37,848 bases of DNA from Bacillota bacterium (GCA_023457235.1 JAEWMK010000222.1:1-37848); one strand, 5' to 3'. Shown: positions 18,644 to 30,158, counted from the stretch's first letter. The notes: a model not told the origin generated them from the letters alone. Numbers and translations are program-made.

Positions 18644-18772
18644 GATTAATTCTTGTCTTCTCCTAATTTTAAAGATAAAATCATAATTTGGGTTTAATAA
18701 TTTGGTTTTAGTTAAATTATGATGGAAAATTCCTTAAGATATCCGATATATAAATAAAAGGGAGTAGTTTAC

Positions 18773-18787
18773 AATTTTCCGAAAATT
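18773..18787. promoter_or_regulatory. CodY box upstream of the diguanylate cyclase gene
   Basis: AATTTTCCGAAAATT, one mismatch to AATTTTCWGAAAATT. Confidence 0.55.
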
Positions 18788-18875
18788 GATATAGGAAAAT
18801 ATGACTATTAAGATTATAATAAGAATATAATTAATGTTCGTTTGTACCCACTTTTTATTTTGAAGGTGAATTGAA

Positions 18876-20309
18876 ATGCCTAAAGAAATCCATCCAACAG
18901 AAATAGATATTAATAAATTAAAAAGGTATGAACAGCTATATCGGGTTACAGCGAAATTTCATTCTTCGATGGATATGGCTGAAGTATTAAAGGAAATCAT
19001 TCATACGCTAAAAGAAGTTTATGAAACCTTCGATTGTGTATTATTGTTATCTCACGATACGTCGACGGATCCGGAACTTCCTATCCATGACTTGGAGTAT
19101 GGCTCCGATTCCATTAACCAGGCGGCGGCGCAAGCTTATTTAACAGGCAATGTTCAAATTGAAGATTCGTTAATGAATGACAAGTCTGTACTTTACGCTC
19201 CGTTAAAAGGAAAACAAGGTATATACGGTGTTCTTCAAGTCACCGCTCCTGATACTCCCATTTTTCCTAAAGAAGAGGTTGGCTTTATCGAGCTATTAGC
19301 CAATACAGCTGGGGGAGCTTTGGAAAATGCGCAATTGTACCAACAATCAAGAAAGCTTATATCGGATTTACAGCTAATAAATAAAACAACGCATCGCTTG
19401 AATTCAAATCTGCGATTATCGGATACAATCAACTTTATGTCAGAACAGATTAGGGCTTCCTTTGATGCACAAGTAATTGGTTTTTTGATGTTCGATGGAA
19501 AGGATAAGTTTGAAGTTTTACCCGGCAGCTCAGATTACTTCTTTCAAGATGAATCCGTTTCATTAGTGAATTTTATTAATAATAAGATAAAACAGGAAAA
19601 AGATGCCGTATTTATTGGAGATCTTTCCTTAGATGCCAGTATTGGTGAGAAAAAATTCCGATCTCTTATGGTTGTACCGATGATCCAAAGCAATGCGCTT
19701 ATAGGTGCTGTTTACGTACTAAATGAACTACCATATCATTTTTCTTTTGATAAATTTAAATTATTACAATCACTCATTCACCACTCTACATTGGCGTTTA
19801 CTAATTCAATGTTAAGAGAAGAATTGGAAAGAATGGTGATTACCGACCATTTAACAAAGCTCCATTCTAGAAATTACCTTGATGAAAGAATCCAGTTGTC
19901 TATGAACACTGATGCGTTAGGGGCATTTCTGTTAATCGATATTGATGATTTTAAATGTATTAACGATACATTTGGACATCAGGTGGGCGATGAAGTCATC
20001 ATCCAAGTAGCTAATATCATTAGAAAAAGTATACGCGAGCATGATGTTGGGGCTAGATGGGGCGGCGAGGAATTAGCGGTTTATTTGCCCAAAGCAGATT
20101 TAAAGACCGGCGTTATGGTTGCGAAACGATTGGTTGAAAGAGTCGAAGAGGAAACAAATCCCAAAATTACAATTTCATGTGGTATTACTGTTTGGCATAA
20201 AGAGAATAATGATTCTGTTAAAAAGCTGTTTAATCGCGCCGATGAGGCGTTATATAAAGCTAAACAAACAGGTAAAAACCGTGTCATTATTTATGACAAT
20301 AATATTTAA
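18876..20309 (+). CDS. dgcP: GAF-GAF-GGDEF diguanylate cyclase (YtrP/DgcP-like)
   Basis: Two GAF-like regions; DIDDFKCINDTFGHQVGD, RWGGEEL, ADEALYKAKQTGKNRV; divergent from rpsD as in B. subtilis. Confidence 0.88.
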   Translation: MPKEIHPTEIDINKLKRYEQLYRVTAKFHSSMDMAEVLKEIIHTLKEVYETFDCVLLLSHDTSTDPELPIHDLEYGSDSINQAAAQAYLTGNVQIEDSLMNDKSVLYAPLKGKQGIYGVLQVTAPDTPIFPKEEVGFIELLANTAGGALENAQLYQQSRKLISDLQLINKTTHRLNSNLRLSDTINFMSEQIRASFDAQVIGFLMFDGKDKFEVLPGSSDYFFQDESVSLVNFINNKIKQEKDAVFIGDLSLDASIGEKKFRSLMVVPMIQSNALIGAVYVLNELPYHFSFDKFKLLQSLIHHSTLAFTNSMLREELERMVITDHLTKLHSRNYLDERIQLSMNTDALGAFLLIDIDDFKCINDTFGHQVGDEVIIQVANIIRKSIREHDVGARWGGEELAVYLPKADLKTGVMVAKRLVERVEEETNPKITISCGITVWHKENNDSVKKLFNRADEALYKAKQTGKNRVIIYDNNI

Positions 20310-20340
20310 TTAAAAGCACTTCAAAGTGCTTTATTTTTTT

Positions 20341-20495
20341 TTGTCCAGCTACAGCGCTCAGCGACTAGTAAACTTCACTCATCTCCCTACGATAAGTCAA
20401 CAAGAATGGAATCGCTACGCTCATCGCCGGATATCCTTTATCTCAGTCGATGCGCTCCAGTTTATACGTCGCTAAATGAGCGCTTCCGCTTTTCT
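20341..20495 (+). repeat. ~150-bp structured intergenic repeat, copy 1
   Basis: TTGTCCAGCTACAGCGC..CTCCCTACGATAAGTCAAC..CCTTTATCTCAGTCG..GCGCTTCCGCTTTTCT; three more copies in the window. Confidence 0.9.
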
Positions 20496-20620
20496 CTTTG
20501 ACAAGATACTGTATATTTCGGCTTTTTGTGTTAATGCTGTACGGTTATTGTCGAGAAAATCTTAAAGGAATTCCGGTTCTAAAGAAGAAAATATTGAGAT
20601 AGAACTGGGGTGAAAAAACG

Positions 20621-21319
20621 ATGAAAGAAATGTCTAGTACGAAGAAAAAGGTTTTTGATGCGGCAATCTCAATATTCAACTCAAAAGGCTATAATGGCAG
20701 CTCGGTAAGAGAAATTGCCCAAAAGGCGAATGTGAACATAGCTCTTATTTCTTATTATTTCAATGGAAAAAAAGGCCTGTTGGAGCAGCTCCTAACTAAT
20801 TATTTTGAGAAGTATATTATTTTATTGGAAAAATCCATCGAGAAAAAGGATAGTATGTCTTCTAAAGAAGTTTTATGTGAAATGGTAAAGAACATATTAA
20901 GATTTGAAAGTGAAAATCATCAGTTGGCACGACTTGTTCATCGTGAGATAACTTTAGATACAATGCTTGTAAGAGAAATTATGTCTACGTATTTAACTAA
21001 AGAAAAATACTATTTGCAAACGATTCTTGAAAGCGGTATTCAAAAAAAAGAATTTAGAAAGCTTCCGGTGATGATCACAATCATGCAGTTAAAAGGTATG
21101 TTAACAATGCCTTATCTAAATCCGCAGTATATGGTAGAGGTTTTACATGTGAATCCGTTTGAACCATATTTCGTTACAAAATACTATAAAGAAATTAGCC
21201 ATTGGATAGAGGAAAGCCTTTCTATACTAGCTGAAAGGCCAACTCTATCAGTCATTAACTATTCAGGACTTAATAGTGTAAATGCTCTGAATGCTTCAAC
21301 CCTTGCAGGCGGAAGTTAA
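20621..21319 (+). CDS. refZ: TetR-family forespore capture DNA-binding protein RefZ
   Basis: TetR HTH (GSSVREIAQKANVNIALISYYFNGKKGL), REITLDTMLVREIMSTYL; position next to hisJ/ezrA. Confidence 0.92.
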   Translation: MKEMSSTKKKVFDAAISIFNSKGYNGSSVREIAQKANVNIALISYYFNGKKGLLEQLLTNYFEKYIILLEKSIEKKDSMSSKEVLCEMVKNILRFESENHQLARLVHREITLDTMLVREIMSTYLTKEKYYLQTILESGIQKKEFRKLPVMITIMQLKGMLTMPYLNPQYMVEVLHVNPFEPYFVTKYYKEISHWIEESLSILAERPTLSVINYSGLNSVNALNASTLAGGS

Positions 21320-21321
21320 CC

Positions 21322-22146
21322 TCATCCGAGGGAAGTTGGTGAGGACAGTGTTATAGTTGGAACTAATTCGGAATAACCTTGGTTTAAATCCCTTGAAATA
21401 TGGGCGTCTGACCCATAGATGAGAGGGATTTTTCGTTTGGCCGCCTCTTTTACAATCCACTCTGATGGATAAGGTTCTAAACAATACTGCTTATTTATGC
21501 CGGCACCATTATAATCCAATGTCATATTTTTTTCACGGATCAGATCTAAGATTTGTTTGATATCAGTAGAGAAATCCGCTGCAGGCGGATATTTCTTTTG
21601 GAATTTATTTACGAGTGTCATATGCCCAATCCGTTTAGGTTTATAGGGACCTAAATCACTTAGGACTGATTGTTTGACCGTTTCGAAATAACTTGTGTGT
21701 ACCTTATCAATATCTCCAAAAATAGAAATAATTCGTGCAAATTCCTCCACACTAAAATCCAGGCAATAATAATGACCTTCATGATGCAGAAAATGGACTG
21801 ATAAAATGCTATCATCAAGAAATTGTCCAATATTGTTTAGAAATTTGGTAGTTTCGTTTTCAAAGTGAATGATATAATCGACTTCTAAACCAATATTTAT
21901 TTTTATTTTATCTTTATATTTTACTTTTAATTTTTGTAAATCTGAGATGTAAGGATCTAAAAAGTCCGGATTCATTCCACTATCTTTATCAGGTGTTGGG
22001 TCGATAAAACTAGCTGGTAAAGGGGCATGTTCAGTGAATGAAATTTCTTGATAACCTAAGGAAATCGCAGCATCTATATATTGTTCAAATGAATCGTCGG
22101 ATCCGTGTGGACAATAGGGAGAGTGAATATGACCGTCAGTTTTCAT
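21322..22146 (-). CDS. hisJ: Histidinol-phosphatase, PHP family (HisJ/HisK)
   Basis: DGHIHSPYCPHG, FTEHAP, GLEVDY, GSDAH; start moved to ATG 22146 behind GGAGG. Confidence 0.93.
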   Translation of the reverse strand: MKTDGHIHSPYCPHGSDDSFEQYIDAAISLGYQEISFTEHAPLPASFIDPTPDKDSGMNPDFLDPYISDLQKLKVKYKDKIKINIGLEVDYIIHFENETTKFLNNIGQFLDDSILSVHFLHHEGHYYCLDFSVEEFARIISIFGDIDKVHTSYFETVKQSVLSDLGPYKPKRIGHMTLVNKFQKKYPPAADFSTDIKQILDLIREKNMTLDYNGAGINKQYCLEPYPSEWIVKEAAKRKIPLIYGSDAHISRDLNQGYSELVPTITLSSPTSLG

Positions 22147-22318
22147 TACTTTCCTCCAAGTTTCTACAATTTTTAGAAAAAATTTGGGCAAAATTATTGT
22201 TTACATGTTATCATAAAAGTTATGAAAAAGCATAAAATAAAAATTTGAAATTTAAAGCCTTTCTATATATATAAATCACAAAAGTTTTTTTTGAAATCGA
22301 AAAAGGGGTAAGGCAGCT

Positions 22319-24007
22319 ATGGAGTACTTGTTAATATTTATTATTGTTTTATTAGCAATTATCATATATGGATTTATAAAAAGGAAAAAGATTTATTCGG
22401 AAGTTGATAAGCTAGAAAGCTGGAAAATAAGCATCATGAATAGACCGGTAACAGATGAAATTGCGAAAGTAAAGCAATTGAATATGACAGGGCAGACTGA
22501 GGAAAAGTTTGAAGCTTGGCGTGTTACTTGGGATGAGATTGTAACCAATCAACTGCCAAAAGTAGATGATTTTCTGTTTGAAGCAGAAGAAGCAGCGGAT
22601 CATTACCGCTTTAAAAAAGCTGCTAATATTACACGTAGCACCCGCAATGTATTAGAAGAGGTCGATCAGAAAATAGCTACTATATTAGAGGATCTGCAAG
22701 AGCTTATTGGCAGTGAGGAAAAGAATAAAATAGAAGTAGAAGAGTTAAAAGGCATCATGAAAAATCATCGCAAGATTTTACTTGCATCAAGGCACTCTTT
22801 TGGAAGTGCGATTATCCAGCTTGAAAAGGAGCTTGAGGTAGTCGTTCATAAATTTAGTGAATTTGATGCGGCTACGAATGGTGGGAATTATTTAGAGGCG
22901 CGTGAAATTGTACTGGTTATTCGGAATGACTTGAATAATTTAGCGACAAAAATTGAAGAAATACCACCACTTTTAACTTATTGCCATAATCAATTACCTA
23001 CGCAAATTAGTGAACTTCGAAAAGGTCAGGGAGAAATGATCCAATCTGGATACATTGTAGAGCATTTAGAGATAAATAAAGAATTAGATAAAATTGAGGG
23101 AGAAATACAATCCTATTTAAGGAAAATAGAAGAAACAGAGGTCAATGAGGCGAAGGAAGGAATTACGGATGTGCAGGACCGAATCGAGCAAATCTATGAC
23201 TGTTTAGAAAAAGAAGTAATCGCAAAGCACATTATCACAAAAGAAACGCCTACCCTTGAGCCACATATTATTGAATTGCATGAAAAGGCAGTTGCAGCTA
23301 AAAATGAATCTGAAAGTGTTCAACAGATCTACCATCTAAAAGATAAAGACCTTGAAGATCAACGGAAAATTGAGAAAAAAGTTGCTCAGACTACACACAA
23401 GTATTATGAACTATTAAATAGACTTGAAGCCAACGATGAGCCGGCAACAAAGCTGCGAGAAGATTTAGAAGAAATCAAAACAAATATTCAAACGATTTCT
23501 GAACTGTATAAAAACTTTACTGAAATGATGCATACACTTAGAAAAGATGAGCGTGAGGCAAAAGAACGAATCACTCAAATGAAAAAGACATTAGTTGAAG
23601 CTAGGAGCTTAATTAGAAAAAACCAGTTACCGGGACTTCCAAATAATATATTAAAAACATTTGACACAGCAGAATCAAACTTAAAGGCGGTATCGTATAA
23701 GTTAGAGGAAACACCTCTTGATATGTACGCTGTAAATAATATTTTAGAAGAAGCACAAAATGCTGTTAGTAAAGTGTTTGAACAAACAGAAGAGATCGTG
23801 GAAAAAGCGGTATTGGTAGAACATATAATCCAATATGGAAATCGTTATCGAAGTCAGTATGCGGTTCTTTCGGCGAAATTATCTGAAGCAGAGCAAGTAT
23901 TCCGTATGTATGATTATGATTTGGCATTGGAACAGGCGGCATCGGCTATCGAAGCTGTTGAACCAGGTGCTTTAAAAAAGATTGAGGAATTAATAAATAA
24001 CCGCTAA
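22319..24007 (+). CDS. ezrA: Septation ring formation regulator EzrA
   Basis: N-terminal TM helix, long coiled coil, QNR patch IIQYGNRYR; 562 aa. Confidence 0.97.
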   Translation: MEYLLIFIIVLLAIIIYGFIKRKKIYSEVDKLESWKISIMNRPVTDEIAKVKQLNMTGQTEEKFEAWRVTWDEIVTNQLPKVDDFLFEAEEAADHYRFKKAANITRSTRNVLEEVDQKIATILEDLQELIGSEEKNKIEVEELKGIMKNHRKILLASRHSFGSAIIQLEKELEVVVHKFSEFDAATNGGNYLEAREIVLVIRNDLNNLATKIEEIPPLLTYCHNQLPTQISELRKGQGEMIQSGYIVEHLEINKELDKIEGEIQSYLRKIEETEVNEAKEGITDVQDRIEQIYDCLEKEVIAKHIITKETPTLEPHIIELHEKAVAAKNESESVQQIYHLKDKDLEDQRKIEKKVAQTTHKYYELLNRLEANDEPATKLREDLEEIKTNIQTISELYKNFTEMMHTLRKDEREAKERITQMKKTLVEARSLIRKNQLPGLPNNILKTFDTAESNLKAVSYKLEETPLDMYAVNNILEEAQNAVSKVFEQTEEIVEKAVLVEHIIQYGNRYRSQYAVLSAKLSEAEQVFRMYDYDLALEQAASAIEAVEPGALKKIEELINNR

Positions 24008-24025
24008 CTAAAGTAGGTTAAAATG

Positions 24026-24057
24026 AAAGGCTGTCCCAAACGGTGGGGCAGCCTTTT
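24026..24057. terminator. Terminator after ezrA
   Basis: AAAGGCTGTCCCA / TGGGGCAGCCTTTT. Confidence 0.75.
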
Positions 24058-24070
24058 CCGTCACTTTACA

Positions 24071-24220
24071 TTGTCTAGCTCCAGCGCCCAGCGCCTAGCG
24101 GACTTCGCCCACCTCCCTACGATAATTCAACATCGATTCGCTAACGCTTATCGTGTTTCCTTTATCTCAGTCGATGTGCTCCAGTCCATACGCCGCTCAA
24201 CGGGCGCTTCCGCTTTTCTA
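24071..24220 (+). repeat. ~150-bp structured intergenic repeat, copy 2
   Basis: TTGTCTAGCTCCAGCGCCC..GGGCGCTTCCGCTTTTCTA. Confidence 0.9.
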
Positions 24221-24221
24221 T

Positions 24222-25556
24222 TTATGAAGCTTTTCTAGCTAATTCATCATTTTGTTTTTGACGCAATGAAAAGACATATCCGATTACAACTCCGATTAAC
24301 GCAGGGACAACCCAACCAACACCATTACTATATAGCGGTAAAGTAGAGGTTAAAATTTGTTTTACATTTTCACCGGCAATTCCTGCAAATACAAAACCGT
24401 CTAAGATACTTACAATCCCTGTTCCCAAAACACCACCGATATAGACAGATCTGGCACTGCCAAAATAACGATCTAGAAACGACAATATAATGAGTGTTAT
24501 CGCAATAGGATAAATCATCATTAAAACAGGCAACGAAATAGTAATTAATTGGGTTAAGCCAACATTTGCGACAAGCATGCTGAAGACTGATGTAATCAAG
24601 ACGAATTTTTGATATGAGATTTTCGGCCACAGCTTATTAAAATACTCCGCACAAGACGTTACTAAACCAATGGATGTTGTCAAACAAGCAAGTGTGATCG
24701 CTAGACCTAACATGATTGTGCCGAATATTCCATAATAATGGTTTGCAGAAATGGCGAGGATTTGACCACCATTTTCTACTTCGCCAACAACGGAAGCACT
24801 GGTTGCTCCTAAGTAGGCTAACGATAAATAAACAAGCATTAGAGCAATTACAGCAATAATACCTGATTTGATAGTGGTTATTGCAATTATTTTAGGATTC
24901 GTTATTCCCAAATTTTTAATAGCAGTATAAACAACTATGGCAAAAACTAATGCTGCTAATGCATCTAATGTAAGATAACCTTCAATAAAACCTTTAAAAA
25001 ATGGAGACGCTGAATAAGCCTCACTTGGTTCTGGAATTGACCCCATCGGGTTAAAAATTGCTTTAGCTACGAGCACGGCAATTGTTAGCAGTAACGCAGG
25101 GGTTAATACTTTTCCAATCCGATCTACAAGTTTAGATGGATTTCTTGATAACCAATAGGTGACACCGAAGAAAATAATTGTATATAAAAATAAGCTTGCA
25201 TTATTGCTAGCTAATTCCTTGTTTAAAAATGGAACAACACTAATTTCGAATGCAACCGTACCTGTTCTTGGAATGGCGAAAACAGGTCCAATTGATAAAT
25301 ATAAGATGAGTGTAAAAATAATTCCGAACATTGGATGGACACGTGCGCTGATTTTTTCAAAATCCCCGCCATTCAAAGCGGCTGCAGCTACACCTAACAG
25401 TGGCAATCCAACGCCTGTAATTAAAAATCCAATGATAGCCGGCCACAGGTTAGTTCCCGCTGCTTGTCCAAGTAATGGTGGGAAAATCATATTGCCGGCA
25501 CCAAAAAATAAAGCAAAAAGCATTAAGCCAATCGATAATGTATTTTTAAAGTTCAA
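24222..25556 (-). CDS. brnQ: Branched-chain amino acid transporter (BrnQ/BraB)
   Basis: GLMLFALFFGAGNMIFPP, AIPRT, LACLTTSIGL; multiple TM segments; TTG start behind GGAGG. Confidence 0.95.
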   Translation of the reverse strand: MNFKNTLSIGLMLFALFFGAGNMIFPPLLGQAAGTNLWPAIIGFLITGVGLPLLGVAAAALNGGDFEKISARVHPMFGIIFTLILYLSIGPVFAIPRTGTVAFEISVVPFLNKELASNNASLFLYTIIFFGVTYWLSRNPSKLVDRIGKVLTPALLLTIAVLVAKAIFNPMGSIPEPSEAYSASPFFKGFIEGYLTLDALAALVFAIVVYTAIKNLGITNPKIIAITTIKSGIIAVIALMLVYLSLAYLGATSASVVGEVENGGQILAISANHYYGIFGTIMLGLAITLACLTTSIGLVTSCAEYFNKLWPKISYQKFVLITSVFSMLVANVGLTQLITISLPVLMMIYPIAITLIILSFLDRYFGSARSVYIGGVLGTGIVSILDGFVFAGIAGENVKQILTSTLPLYSNGVGWVVPALIGVVIGYVFSLRQKQNDELARKAS

Positions 25557-25753
25557 GTTAAAACCTCCCGGTCCAATTGAAAAAATCTATATAGTGAAAA
25601 TTTTCACAACGTTATTCATCATAACGCAAATTTCGACAAATTGCTACATAAAAATATTTATTAAATTGAAAAATGTCGTTTTCTAATTTTAATTTGTCTA
25701 CATTTGTGATAATATATGTAAATGCAAATTTTATCTGAGACCAAGGTGATTTG

Positions 25754-26899
25754 ATGATTTACTTTGACAATAGTGCAACTACAAAGCCCTATCCCGAAGT
25801 TATAGAGGCCTATATGAAGGTAGCAGAGCAATATTTTGCAAATCCTTCTTCGATCCATTTCTTAGGAAGTGAAGTGGAAAAGCTGCTGACCCAATCCAGA
25901 GTTTTAACCGCATCTTTATTGGGGGTTAAACCAACAGAGATTGTCTTTACCTCAAGTGGAACAGAAGGAAATAATCTGGCCATTAAAGGTGTTGCATTCC
26001 AATACCAAAACCGCGGGAAACATATTATAACGACATCAATTGAACATCCGTCTGTGCTAGAAGCTTATAAACAATTAGAGTCATTAGGATTTACTGTGTC
26101 GTATTTAGAAGTGGATCAAAATGGCAGAATTAATATAGAACAACTAAAAAATATGTTGCGAGACGACACAATTTTAGTTTCCATGATTCATGTAAATAAC
26201 GAGTTGGGAACAATTCAACCGGTTGAAGAAGTAGGTAAAATTTTAAAGAATTACCCGAAAATATTATTTCATGTCGACCATGTTCAAGGAATTGGAAAAG
26301 TCCTGCTCCAATTAAAAGATTCTGGAATCGATTTATGTACAATTTCAGGACATAAGTTTCATGCATTAAGAGGAACGGGGATTTTATATATTCGTGATGG
26401 ATTGAAAATTGCCTCCATTCTGAGCGGTGGTGGTCAGGAAATGGGCATCCGCTCTGGTACGGAGAATGTGGCGGGTATCGTTTCAATGACAAAAGCGCTT
26501 CGACTTACACTTGAAAAAATGAATCAGGGCGGCCTTGATCATTTCTTACAATTAAAGGAAGCACTTCTTTCAGGGTTAAGACAAATGGATGGCATTATCA
26601 TTAACACACCTGACCAAGATGCAGCACCACATATAATTAATTTTTCAGTATTAAACGTTAAACCGGAAGTATTAATTCATAGCTTAAGTAAACACGATAT
26701 CTATGTTTCAACCCAATCTGCCTGCTCCTCTAAGCTCGCACAGGCAAGCAGAGTGTTAACCGCAGCCGGTCTTGGCGAAGAGCGGGCTAAAACTGCCATC
26801 CGTGTAAGTTTTTCACTTGATAACACAGTGGAGGAAGTTAAGACATTTTTACATGTTTTAGAAAGTATAGTTCCAAAATTACAGGAAGTAATGAGGTAA
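25754..26899 (+). CDS. iscS: Cysteine desulfurase (IscS/NifZ type)
   Basis: [21 protein letters not shown] (PLP lysine), GGGQE..RSGT, SACSS; directly upstream of thiI. Confidence 0.93.
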   Translation: MIYFDNSATTKPYPEVIEAYMKVAEQYFANPSSIHFLGSEVEKLLTQSRVLTASLLGVKPTEIVFTSSGTEGNNLAIKGVAFQYQNRGKHIITTSIEHPSVLEAYKQLESLGFTVSYLEVDQNGRINIEQLKNMLRDDTILVSMIHVNNELGTIQPVEEVGKILKNYPKILFHVDHVQGIGKVLLQLKDSGIDLCTISGHKFHALRGTGILYIRDGLKIASILSGGGQEMGIRSGTENVAGIVSMTKALRLTLEKMNQGGLDHFLQLKEALLSGLRQMDGIIINTPDQDAAPHIINFSVLNVKPEVLIHSLSKHDIYVSTQSACSSKLAQASRVLTAAGLGEERAKTAIRVSFSLDNTVEEVKTFLHVLESIVPKLQEVMR

Positions 26900-26903
26900 G
26901 AAA

Positions 26904-28127
26904 ATGGAATATGATCACATATTAATTCGTTATGGCGAAATGTCGCTAAAAGGGAAAAATCGTTCAAAATTCTCACAAATCTTAAAAAATAATATAAAAG
27001 TCTTATTAAAATTAAATGGATGTACGAAAGCGATCGTGAATCGGACAAAAGATCGGATGTTTATCGATCTTAATGGGGATGACCATGAAAAAATAAGTGA
27101 AATCCTAAAGGATGTATTTGGCATTCAAAGCTTTAGTTTAGCGATGAAAGTAACAAGTGAACTTGAAGAAATCCAAAAAGGCGCACTTACAGCCCTTCAG
27201 GAAGCAAATCCAGATGCAAAAACATTTAAAGTGACGGCGAAGCGTCCAGATAAAAGCTTTCCCATTCGTTCACAGGAACTAAACCATTTAATTGGTGGTT
27301 ACATTTTAAAAAATTCAGATGGACTAACGGTCGATGTTCATAACCCTGATGTAAACGTGCGGGTGGAAGTTCGAACATCAATGACTTTTATTACTTGTAA
27401 AACAGTAAAAGGAGCCGGAGGATTCCCTGTTGGCTCTAATGGCAAAGTGATGCTTATGCTATCTGGAGGTATAGACAGCCCGGTTGCCGGCTATATGACA
27501 ATGAAACGAGGCGTAAAAATCGAGGCTGTTCATTTTCATAGTCCTCCTTTTACAAATGAGCGCGCAAAGCAAAAGGTATTAGACCTTGCCGGCAAACTCA
27601 CGAAATATGGAGGCCGAATCCGCGTCCATATTGTCCCATTCACAGAAATTCAACAGGAAATCCATAAAGCCATTCCATCTAGCTATACGATGACGGCGAT
27701 GCGAAGAATGATGCTTCGAATTGCTGAACAGATAGCTGTTAAAAATAATGCTTTAGCGATTGCAACAGGTGAAAGCTTAGGGCAGGTTGCTAGTCAAACA
27801 ATTGAAAGTATGAATACGATTAATGAAGTTACTAATTATCCAATCCTTAGACCGTTAATCGCAATGGATAAGCTTGAAATTATTGATATTGCTCATTCAA
27901 TCGATACTTATGATATATCGATTCGACCATATGAGGATTGTTGTACGATTTTCTTGCCGTCTGATCCAAAGACAAAACCTAAAAAAGACCGAATTAATTA
28001 TTACGAAACAAAATTAGAAAATATCGATCAACTTATCGAAACTGCGATTACTAATGTGGAAACGATAGATATTGAACGGAACACTAAAAAACATGAAATT
28101 GAAAAACAATTTGAAGATCTATTTTAG
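26904..28127 (+). CDS. thiI: tRNA 4-thiouridine synthase ThiI
   Basis: [17 protein letters not shown] domain, PP-loop [26 protein letters not shown]. Confidence 0.97.
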   Translation: MEYDHILIRYGEMSLKGKNRSKFSQILKNNIKVLLKLNGCTKAIVNRTKDRMFIDLNGDDHEKISEILKDVFGIQSFSLAMKVTSELEEIQKGALTALQEANPDAKTFKVTAKRPDKSFPIRSQELNHLIGGYILKNSDGLTVDVHNPDVNVRVEVRTSMTFITCKTVKGAGGFPVGSNGKVMLMLSGGIDSPVAGYMTMKRGVKIEAVHFHSPPFTNERAKQKVLDLAGKLTKYGGRIRVHIVPFTEIQQEIHKAIPSSYTMTAMRRMMLRIAEQIAVKNNALAIATGESLGQVASQTIESMNTINEVTNYPILRPLIAMDKLEIIDIAHSIDTYDISIRPYEDCCTIFLPSDPKTKPKKDRINYYETKLENIDQLIETAITNVETIDIERNTKKHEIEKQFEDLF

Positions 28128-28153
28128 TTTCAATTAATTACCAATAAAATAAA

Positions 28154-28184
28154 TGTATGAGAGCATTTGCTTTTTCACACTCTA
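28154..28184 (+). promoter_or_regulatory. SigG-type promoter of the ssp gene
   Basis: TGTATG..CACACTCTA, resembling the B. subtilis sspA promoter. Confidence 0.55.
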
Positions 28185-28215
28185 TTAACACACCAACCAA
28201 GGAGGTGAAAAGCAA

Positions 28216-28428
28216 ATGCCAAGTTCAAGAAGCAATAACAGTAATCAATTATTAGTTCCCGGCGTACAACAAGCTCTTGATCAAATGAAGTTTGAAATCG
28301 CACAAGAGTTTGGTGTGAACCTTGGTGCTGACACAACTTCACGTGCCAACGGATCTGTTGGAGGAGAAATTACAAAGCGCCTAGTTTCAATGGCTCAACA
28401 ACAAATGGCCGGGTTCCAAGGCCAATAA
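28216..28428 (+). CDS. sspA: Alpha/beta-type small acid-soluble spore protein
   Basis: [33 protein letters not shown]; position after thiI. Confidence 0.95.
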   Translation: MPSSRSNNSNQLLVPGVQQALDQMKFEIAQEFGVNLGADTTSRANGSVGGEITKRLVSMAQQQMAGFQGQ

Positions 28429-28454
28429 TCGTTAATTTAATATAGCAATGGCTA

Positions 28455-28490
28455 AAGGGCAAGTCTTCGGGCTTGCCCTTTCATATTTTT
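28455..28490 (+). terminator. Terminator after sspA
   Basis: AAGGGCAAGTC-TTCG-GGCTTGCCCTT followed by T-rich sequence. Confidence 0.8.
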
Positions 28491-28508
28491 TTATAAAAAA
28501 GGTCAAAA

Positions 28509-28523
28509 AATATTCTAAAAATT
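28509..28523. promoter_or_regulatory. Putative CodY box upstream of the acyl-CoA synthetase gene
   Basis: AATATTCTAAAAATT, two mismatches to consensus. Confidence 0.4.
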
Positions 28524-28576
28524 AAAATAGTTTAGTACAATGATACATAGAGGAACCATAAAATGGGGGGATATGG

Positions 28577-30157
28577 ATGAAAAGAGAAGATTTACTGGCT
28601 CCAGAAATGTACAACCTTGTTGAAGAGGTTGAGCGTTTCGCCAAGAATCCTGAAAAGGTAGCAATTAAGTGGGAAGACGAGCAAGGAAACAAGGCGGAGA
28701 TTACATACAGAAATTTAATAACAAGAGTTAACAAAATTGGAAACGCTTTACTAAGCGCTGGCTTGAAAAAAGGGGATAAAGCCATCATAATGGTACCGCG
28801 ATTAATAGACGCCTACGCAATCTATTTAGGTTGTTTAAAAGTCGGGATTACAGTTAGCCCTGGTTCTGAAATGCTGCGAGAAAAGGATATTCGTTACCGT
28901 TTAACTCATGGTGAAATGAAAGCTGTAATCAGCGTTGACTCTCTTGTAAATGAATTTAATCGAATTAGTGATATCGAATTCGAAAGATTCGTAATCGGTA
29001 AGGCTGTTGAAGGTTGGCAGGATTTAAATTTACTTGAAGCTGAAGCAAGCGAATCCCTAGAAATGGCTGATACAAAAGCGGATGATATGGCATTTTTATC
29101 TTATACATCAGGTACAACCGGAAATCCAAAAGGCGTTGTTCATACTCATGGCTGGGGGTTCGCTCATTTAAGAACAGCTGCCAGCGGATGGTTAGGCATT
29201 CAAGAAGGAGATACTGTATGGGCTACAGCAGCACCAGGCTGGCAGAAGTGGATTTGGAGTCCGTTTGTATCAGTTTTGGGCTCTGGGGCAACAGGTTTTG
29301 TTTACCATGGCAATTTTGATGCTAATAAATATTTACAATTGCTTCAAGATAATGAAGTTAATGTCCTTTGCTGTACGCCAACTGAATATCGTGTAATCGC
29401 AAAAGTTCGAAATATCGGTGATTATAAACTTCCTGCGCTTCGCAGTGCAGTCTCTGCCGGAGAACCTTTAAACAGAGAAGTGATCGATACTTTTAAACAG
29501 TATTTTAATGTAACTGTTCGCGATGGGTATGGACAAACTGAAAATACCTTGTTGGTCGGTATATTAGAAGGTATGGAAGTAAGACCAGGTTCAATGGGGA
29601 AACCTACTCCAGGAAACCGGGTTGATATCATTAATGAAGATGGGGAGCCATGCGAAGTGGGGGAAGTAGGTGATATCGCTGTTCACCGCGAGACACCAGC
29701 CTTGTTTAAAAATTATTATAAAGACCCTGAACGGACAGCCATGCAATTCCGTGGAGAGTGGTATGTTACTGGTGACCGGGCCAAAAAGGATGAAGATGGC
29801 TATTTCTGGTTTGAGGGACGAAGTGATGATATTATTATCAGCTCCGGTTATACAATTGGGCCATTCGAGGTAGAAGATGCGCTAGTAAAGCATCCAGCTG
29901 TTAAAGAATGCGCGGTTGTCGGCAGCCCAGATGAGGTTCGCGGAACAATCGTTAAGGCCTTTGTCGTATTAAGGGAAGGCGTCGATCATATCCACCAAGA
30001 AGAGCTTGTAAAAGAATTGCAGGAGCATGTTAAAAATTTAACTGCACCATACAAATATCCGCGCAAGGTAGAATTTATTGAGGAGTTGCCTAAGACAACC
30101 TCAGGAAAAATCCGCCGCATAGAACTACGCCAAAAAGAATTACAACAAAATGCATAG
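28577..30157 (+). CDS. mbcS: Acyl-CoA synthetase (MbcS/YtcI)
   Basis: YTSGTTGNPKG, DGYGQTE, TGD, GRSDD, LPKTTSGKIRR; position after sspA. Confidence 0.9.
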   Translation: MKREDLLAPEMYNLVEEVERFAKNPEKVAIKWEDEQGNKAEITYRNLITRVNKIGNALLSAGLKKGDKAIIMVPRLIDAYAIYLGCLKVGITVSPGSEMLREKDIRYRLTHGEMKAVISVDSLVNEFNRISDIEFERFVIGKAVEGWQDLNLLEAEASESLEMADTKADDMAFLSYTSGTTGNPKGVVHTHGWGFAHLRTAASGWLGIQEGDTVWATAAPGWQKWIWSPFVSVLGSGATGFVYHGNFDANKYLQLLQDNEVNVLCCTPTEYRVIAKVRNIGDYKLPALRSAVSAGEPLNREVIDTFKQYFNVTVRDGYGQTENTLLVGILEGMEVRPGSMGKPTPGNRVDIINEDGEPCEVGEVGDIAVHRETPALFKNYYKDPERTAMQFRGEWYVTGDRAKKDEDGYFWFEGRSDDIIISSGYTIGPFEVEDALVKHPAVKECAVVGSPDEVRGTIVKAFVVLREGVDHIHQEELVKELQEHVKNLTAPYKYPRKVEFIEELPKTTSGKIRRIELRQKELQQNA

Positions 30158-30158
30158 T

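Noticed and set aside
24023..24238. 71-aa ORF after ezrA
   Set aside because: It consists of the terminator and repeat copy 2.
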